A DNA stretch of 32,000 bases from Psychrobacter sp. DM4 (GTDB lineage Bacteria; Pseudomonadota; Gammaproteobacteria; Pseudomonadales; Moraxellaceae), in NCBI RefSeq assembly GCF_051307035.1, contig NZ_CP195536.1, positions 2,430,001 through 2,462,000 on the forward strand, in the 5' to 3' direction. The position numbers were made by a program, and so were the translations under genes. Below are positions 29,201 to 32,000 of this stretch, piece after piece (within the stretch, counting starts at the first letter, position 1; every line of letters begins with the position of its first letter). The notes under the pieces were generated by a model. That model searched no databases. It saw only the letters and a program-made list of their open reading frames with translations, and was not told where the DNA came from.

Positions 29201-30364
29201 CGTTGGCGGCTCACCTGGACGCATGACTTTATAGATTTCGATCAGCGCTTCTTCGCGGCTTGAGGTACTATCAGCGCGTAGCGTATCGGCAATGTAACTG
29301 CCCTGATCGATATCATTAGTGAACAAGATACTAAACTCTTTGATAGACTCACTAGCTTCAAAGGCGCTGAGCTTAACCAATAATTCATGATCAATAAGCG
29401 TATTAGCACGAGCGATTATCTCGTCATTGACGACGATATCTTCTGCTAGGATACGCTCATAAAGATACTCATCAGGTACTGCAATTTTCGTCATACCAGC
29501 TTCTTCAAGCTGACGGATACGACGAGCATTGATACGTTTGCCTTGCTCTACGATGACATCACCGTCAGGCGATACGATATCGAACTGCGCCATCTCGCCA
29601 CGTAGACGATCAGCAACTAAGTCAATCTCGAACGTCTCATCCCCTTTATAGACAGCGACTTTATCAAAGAATAGATCTAGGATTTCAGAAGTTGTCAAAC
29701 CTAACGCACGTAGGATTATTGACGCTAATAGCTTACGGCGACGGTCAATACGAGCAAAAACTAAATCTTTTGCGTCAAACTCAAAGTCAAGCCATGAGCC
29801 GCGATAAGGAATAATACGAGCGTTGTATAGCACCTTACCACTTGAGTGCGATTTGCCTTTATCATGATCAAAGAACACGCCAGGCGAGCGATGTAATTGC
29901 GATACGATAACGCGCTCGGTACCGTTAATGATAAAGGTACCATTGTTGGTCATCAGTGGCATCTCGCCCATATAGACACTTTGCTCACGGATATCTTTGA
30001 TCGCCGCTTTACTGTCCTTGTCCTTGCTATCTTTGTCTTTGATAATAAGACGAATCTTGACACGCATAGGTGCTGCAAAGGTAGAGCCACGAAGGATACA
30101 CTCACGTTCATCAAACTCAGGTGTCCCTAAGTAATACTCAACAAACTGTAATTCAGCGTTACCTGAGTGACTCTCAATTGGGAAAATAGAAGAGTATGCT
30201 GCTTGCAAACCAGTATTCTCACGAGCTTTTGGCTTTTTGTGCTCTTGCAAAAATTGCTCGTAGGAATCTACTTGAATAGACAGTAAATAGGGAATGTCCA
30301 TCACAGTGGGCAATTCAGCAAAACTTTTGCGAATACGCTTTTTTTCAGTATAAGAATATGCCAT
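26243..30364 (-). CDS. rpoB: DNA-directed RNA polymerase subunit beta
   Basis: 1373 aa and collinear with E. coli RpoB ([15 protein letters not shown], the rifampicin-cluster region [53 protein letters not shown], and the C-terminal ESFNVL.KEI.SLG.NIEL). The ATG has AAGGA 7 nt upstream. Confidence 0.97.
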   Translation of the reverse strand: MAYSYTEKKRIRKSFAELPTVMDIPYLLSIQVDSYEQFLQEHKKPKARENTGLQAAYSSIFPIESHSGNAELQFVEYYLGTPEFDERECILRGSTFAAPMRVKIRLIIKDKDSKDKDSKAAIKDIREQSVYMGEMPLMTNNGTFIINGTERVIVSQLHRSPGVFFDHDKGKSHSSGKVLYNARIIPYRGSWLDFEFDAKDLVFARIDRRRKLLASIILRALGLTTSEILDLFFDKVAVYKGDETFEIDLVADRLRGEMAQFDIVSPDGDVIVEQGKRINARRIRQLEEAGMTKIAVPDEYLYERILAEDIVVNDEIIARANTLIDHELLVKLSAFEASESIKEFSILFTNDIDQGSYIADTLRADSTSSREEALIEIYKVMRPGEPPTVETAEKLFDSMFFNADRYDLSNVGRMKFNRRLGLDFEDTDDADIQRARSVLTNDDIVNVLKELIEIRNGRGEVDDIDHLGNRRIRSVGEMAENQFRVGLVRVERAVKERLSSAESDNLSPQDLINSKPVAAAVKEFFGSSQLSQFMDQNNPLSEVTHKRRVSALGPGGLTRERAGFEVRDVHDTHYGRVCPIETPEGPNIGLINSLATFAKTNSFGFLETPYRRVVDGKVTDIIEYLSAIEEVGTVIAQADSPVTEDGALSDEMVSVRSYGEFVRMPPEKVTHMDVSPSQVVSVAAGLIPFLEHDDANRALMGSNMQRQAVPTLRADKPLVGTGMERHVARDSGVCVIAKRGGVIEDVDASRIVVRVNEDEMTAGEAGIDIYNLIKYTRSNQNTCINQRIIVNQGDEIALGDILADGPSTDLGELALGQNIRIAFMPWNGYNFEDSILLSEKVVKEDRFTTIHIQELTCVARDTKLGTEEITADIPSHVGEAALSSLDEAGIVYIGAEVDAGDILVGKVTPKGETQLTPEEKLLRAIFGEKAADVKDTSLRVPTSSKGTVIDVQVFTRDGVEKDARARAIEKSQLDSYRKDLKEELRIFEDAARGRIGTLLDGQKVSGGSGLKAGTVMALADMKDMSLETLLDIQPVEEEISERLTQIAEYLVDKQKDIDTKFAEKKRKLTAGDDLQHGVQKIVKVYLAVKRRIQPGDKMAGRHGNKGVVSRIMPVEDMPYDENGNTVDIVLNPLGVPSRMNIGQVLETHLGMAAKGLGEKIDGMLKSQAAIKELRDFLDKIYNQVGGEQVDLDSLSDDDIMALSANLRGGVPMGTAVFDGARESQVKDLLELAGMDRDGQQTLYDGRTGQKFDRKVTVGYMYMLKLNHLVDDKMHARSTGSYSLVTQQPLGGKAQFGGQRFGEMEVWALEAYGATYTLQEMLTVKSDDVEGRTRMYKNIVDGEQYMDPGMPESFNVLTKEIKSLGLNIELKENN

Positions 30365-30849
30365 CGAGAGTCCTTACAGTAAACATGAAAACAAATGAAA
30401 ATCGTGACCAACCTATATAAAGTTGATGACGTAAACGATGATAAAACAACGAACACAATATAAGATAGAACATTGATAACGTAGAAATACAGGTATCTAC
30501 GTTCAATATATTAGTAAAAAAGAGCCATGAACTTAAGGCAATTTATCTGCCTTCAAATTTCAGTGATAAAAATAGATAAATGCAATACCGTCACCTCTAT
30601 GAATCTGCTAATAAGCAGTACAACCATTTAGGATTAGATAAAAATTCTAGAATCAATATAACTATAGTTTTAGTAGGAAAGCATGCAGACACAAAAAAAC
30701 GCCAAACATCTAAGGACGTTTAGCTAAGTCAACTTATTTCAAAAACTGGCTTGTGTGCTTGCATGTATATCGTCTGTCCTTTTGATGGGTATCCACCGCT
30801 TGTGATAGGGATGTTGGCAGACACAAAAGGTCAAGCTGTTTATTATAAT

Positions 30850-30887
30850 AAAAAAGAGCTGGCAATGCAAGGCATTACCAGCTCTTT
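30850..30887 (-). terminator. Rho-independent terminator/attenuator immediately downstream of rplL in the rplL-rpoB spacer
   Basis: The minus strand reads AAGAGCUGG-U-AAUGC-CUU-GCAUU-G-CCAGCUCUU followed by U6. It lies about 18 nt after the rplL stop. This position is analogous to the well-known partial terminator (attenuator) between rplL and rpoB in E. coli. Confidence 0.7.
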
Positions 30888-30904
30888 TGTGTACTAGGTT
30901 AAAC

Positions 30905-31276
30905 TTACTTTAGTTCAACGCTTGCACCAGCTTCTTCAAGCTTCTTCTTCAACTCTTCAGCTTCGTCTTTAGTTGCGCCTTCTTTGATTGGTGCTGGAGC
31001 ACTTTCAACCAAATCTTTCGCTTCTTTTAGACCAAGGCCAGTCGCTTCACGTACGGCTTTAATGACCGCAACTTTCTTTTCGCCAAAGCTTGAAAGAACG
31101 ACGTCAAATTCGTCTTTTTCTTCAGCAGCAGCAGCAGCAGGACCAGCAGCAGCAGGTGCAGCGGCAACAGCAGCAGTTACGCCGAATTTTTCTTCCATGT
31201 CGCTGATTAGCTCAACGATATCCATTACTGACATTTCAGCAATTGCGTTTAACACATCATCTTTAGATAGTGCCAT
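30905..31276 (-). CDS. rplL: 50S ribosomal protein L7/L12
   Basis: 123 aa with the typical N-terminal dimerisation helix, an Ala/Pro-rich hinge ([20 protein letters not shown]) and a C-terminal domain ([24 protein letters not shown]...). GGAG is the RBS. Confidence 0.97.
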   Translation of the reverse strand: MALSKDDVLNAIAEMSVMDIVELISDMEEKFGVTAAVAAAPAAAGPAAAAAEEKDEFDVVLSSFGEKKVAVIKAVREATGLGLKEAKDLVESAPAPIKEGATKDEAEELKKKLEEAGASVELK

Positions 31277-31381
31277 GAGAACTCTCCGTTATCTGATAAA
31301 ATTTAATTGATTCTAATAGCGTGTATAAATAGGTTAAATAACCTAGATAGTACGCTACAAAATTTAAGTTAAAACAAGCAA

Positions 31382-31909
31382 TTAAGCCGCTTCTTTTGCG
31401 TCTTTGATTGCTGCTACAGTGCGAACAAATTTGCCTGGAACTGCGTTCATAGTCTGGACAAGCTTGGTCACTGGTGCATTCATAGTCGCCATGAGGATAG
31501 AGAGTGCTTCGTCGCGAGTTGGTAGCTTCGATACGCGCTCTAGCTCTTCTGGACCATAAACTTCACCACCGACTGATACTAACTTGGTCTCCAAAGCTTT
31601 GTTATCTTTGCTAAAGTCGTAAACGACTCTGGCAGCAGATCCCAAATCTTCCATAGAAAAGGCCAAAAGTAGTGGACCAGTCATACGGTCTGACATGCTC
31701 TCAAACTTAGTGCCTTCAAAAGCGCGTTTTGCTAAAGTGTTTTTGACCACTTTTAAAACGACACCTTTACCACGGGCTTGTTCGCGCAGCTGAGTAAGCT
31801 TTGCAACACCAATACCGTGATATTCGGCAGCTACTGCTGAGTAAGCATTAGCAGCAACTTCAGACACTTCAGCCACAACTTGTTGTTTTTGCTCTAGCGT
31901 TAATGCCAT
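31382..31909 (-). CDS. rplJ: 50S ribosomal protein L10
   Basis: 175 aa and L10-like throughout (MALTLEQKQQVVAEV..., VVKNTLAKRA, GPLLLAFS). AAGGAG lies 7 nt upstream of the ATG. It is directly upstream of rplL. Confidence 0.97.
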   Translation of the reverse strand: MALTLEQKQQVVAEVSEVAANAYSAVAAEYHGIGVAKLTQLREQARGKGVVLKVVKNTLAKRAFEGTKFESMSDRMTGPLLLAFSMEDLGSAARVVYDFSKDNKALETKLVSVGGEVYGPEELERVSKLPTRDEALSILMATMNAPVTKLVQTMNAVPGKFVRTVAAIKDAKEAA

Positions 31910-32000
31910 AAGTTGACTCCTTTAATCTTACCAATCCTCATGTAGTCTAAACCACAAAACAGGACTGACTTGATACGATACGCTACTGATAGAACTAACC
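31910..32000 (-). promoter_or_regulatory. 5' leader of rplJ (partial; continues beyond the window), the likely location of the L10-L12 autoregulatory leader
   Basis: This call rests on position only. In enterobacteria the L10(L12)4 complex represses translation by binding the long rplJ leader. Only about 90 nt are visible here, so no structure can be assessed. Confidence 0.3.

Overview
This window looks like ordinary, densely packed core chromosome from a gammaproteobacterium. By gene order, protein sequences and a mid-40s % GC judged by eye, it is probably Moraxellaceae (Psychrobacter/Acinetobacter-like); that placement is inference. Left to right: a truncated SDR oxidoreductase (-), a stand-alone lipoprotein PotD-type polyamine-binding protein (+), and a FUSC-type membrane protein (-). 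Then comes the conserved minus-strand block gltD-gltB, a SPOR/DamX-like protein, aroB-aroK and pilQPONM, divergent from ponA (PBP1a, +). Next is one unassigned 173-aa protein (-), followed by the 3' part of the ribosomal protein/RNA polymerase operon rplJ-rplL-rpoB-rpoC (-). All large ORFs are intact. pilM/N/O/P are linked by overlapping stop/start codons, and most transcription-unit ends carry clear rho-independent hairpins. I see no tRNA/rRNA, CRISPR array, transposase/integrase, toxin-antitoxin-like pair, defence-gene signature or compositional island. I therefore find no credible evidence of a novel multi-gene system here. The leads are modest: the unassigned 173-aa protein, an unusual SPOR-protein architecture, a long structured rplL-rpoB spacer, a shared 12-nt translation-initiation motif, small repeats, and widespread low-complexity extensions on envelope proteins.
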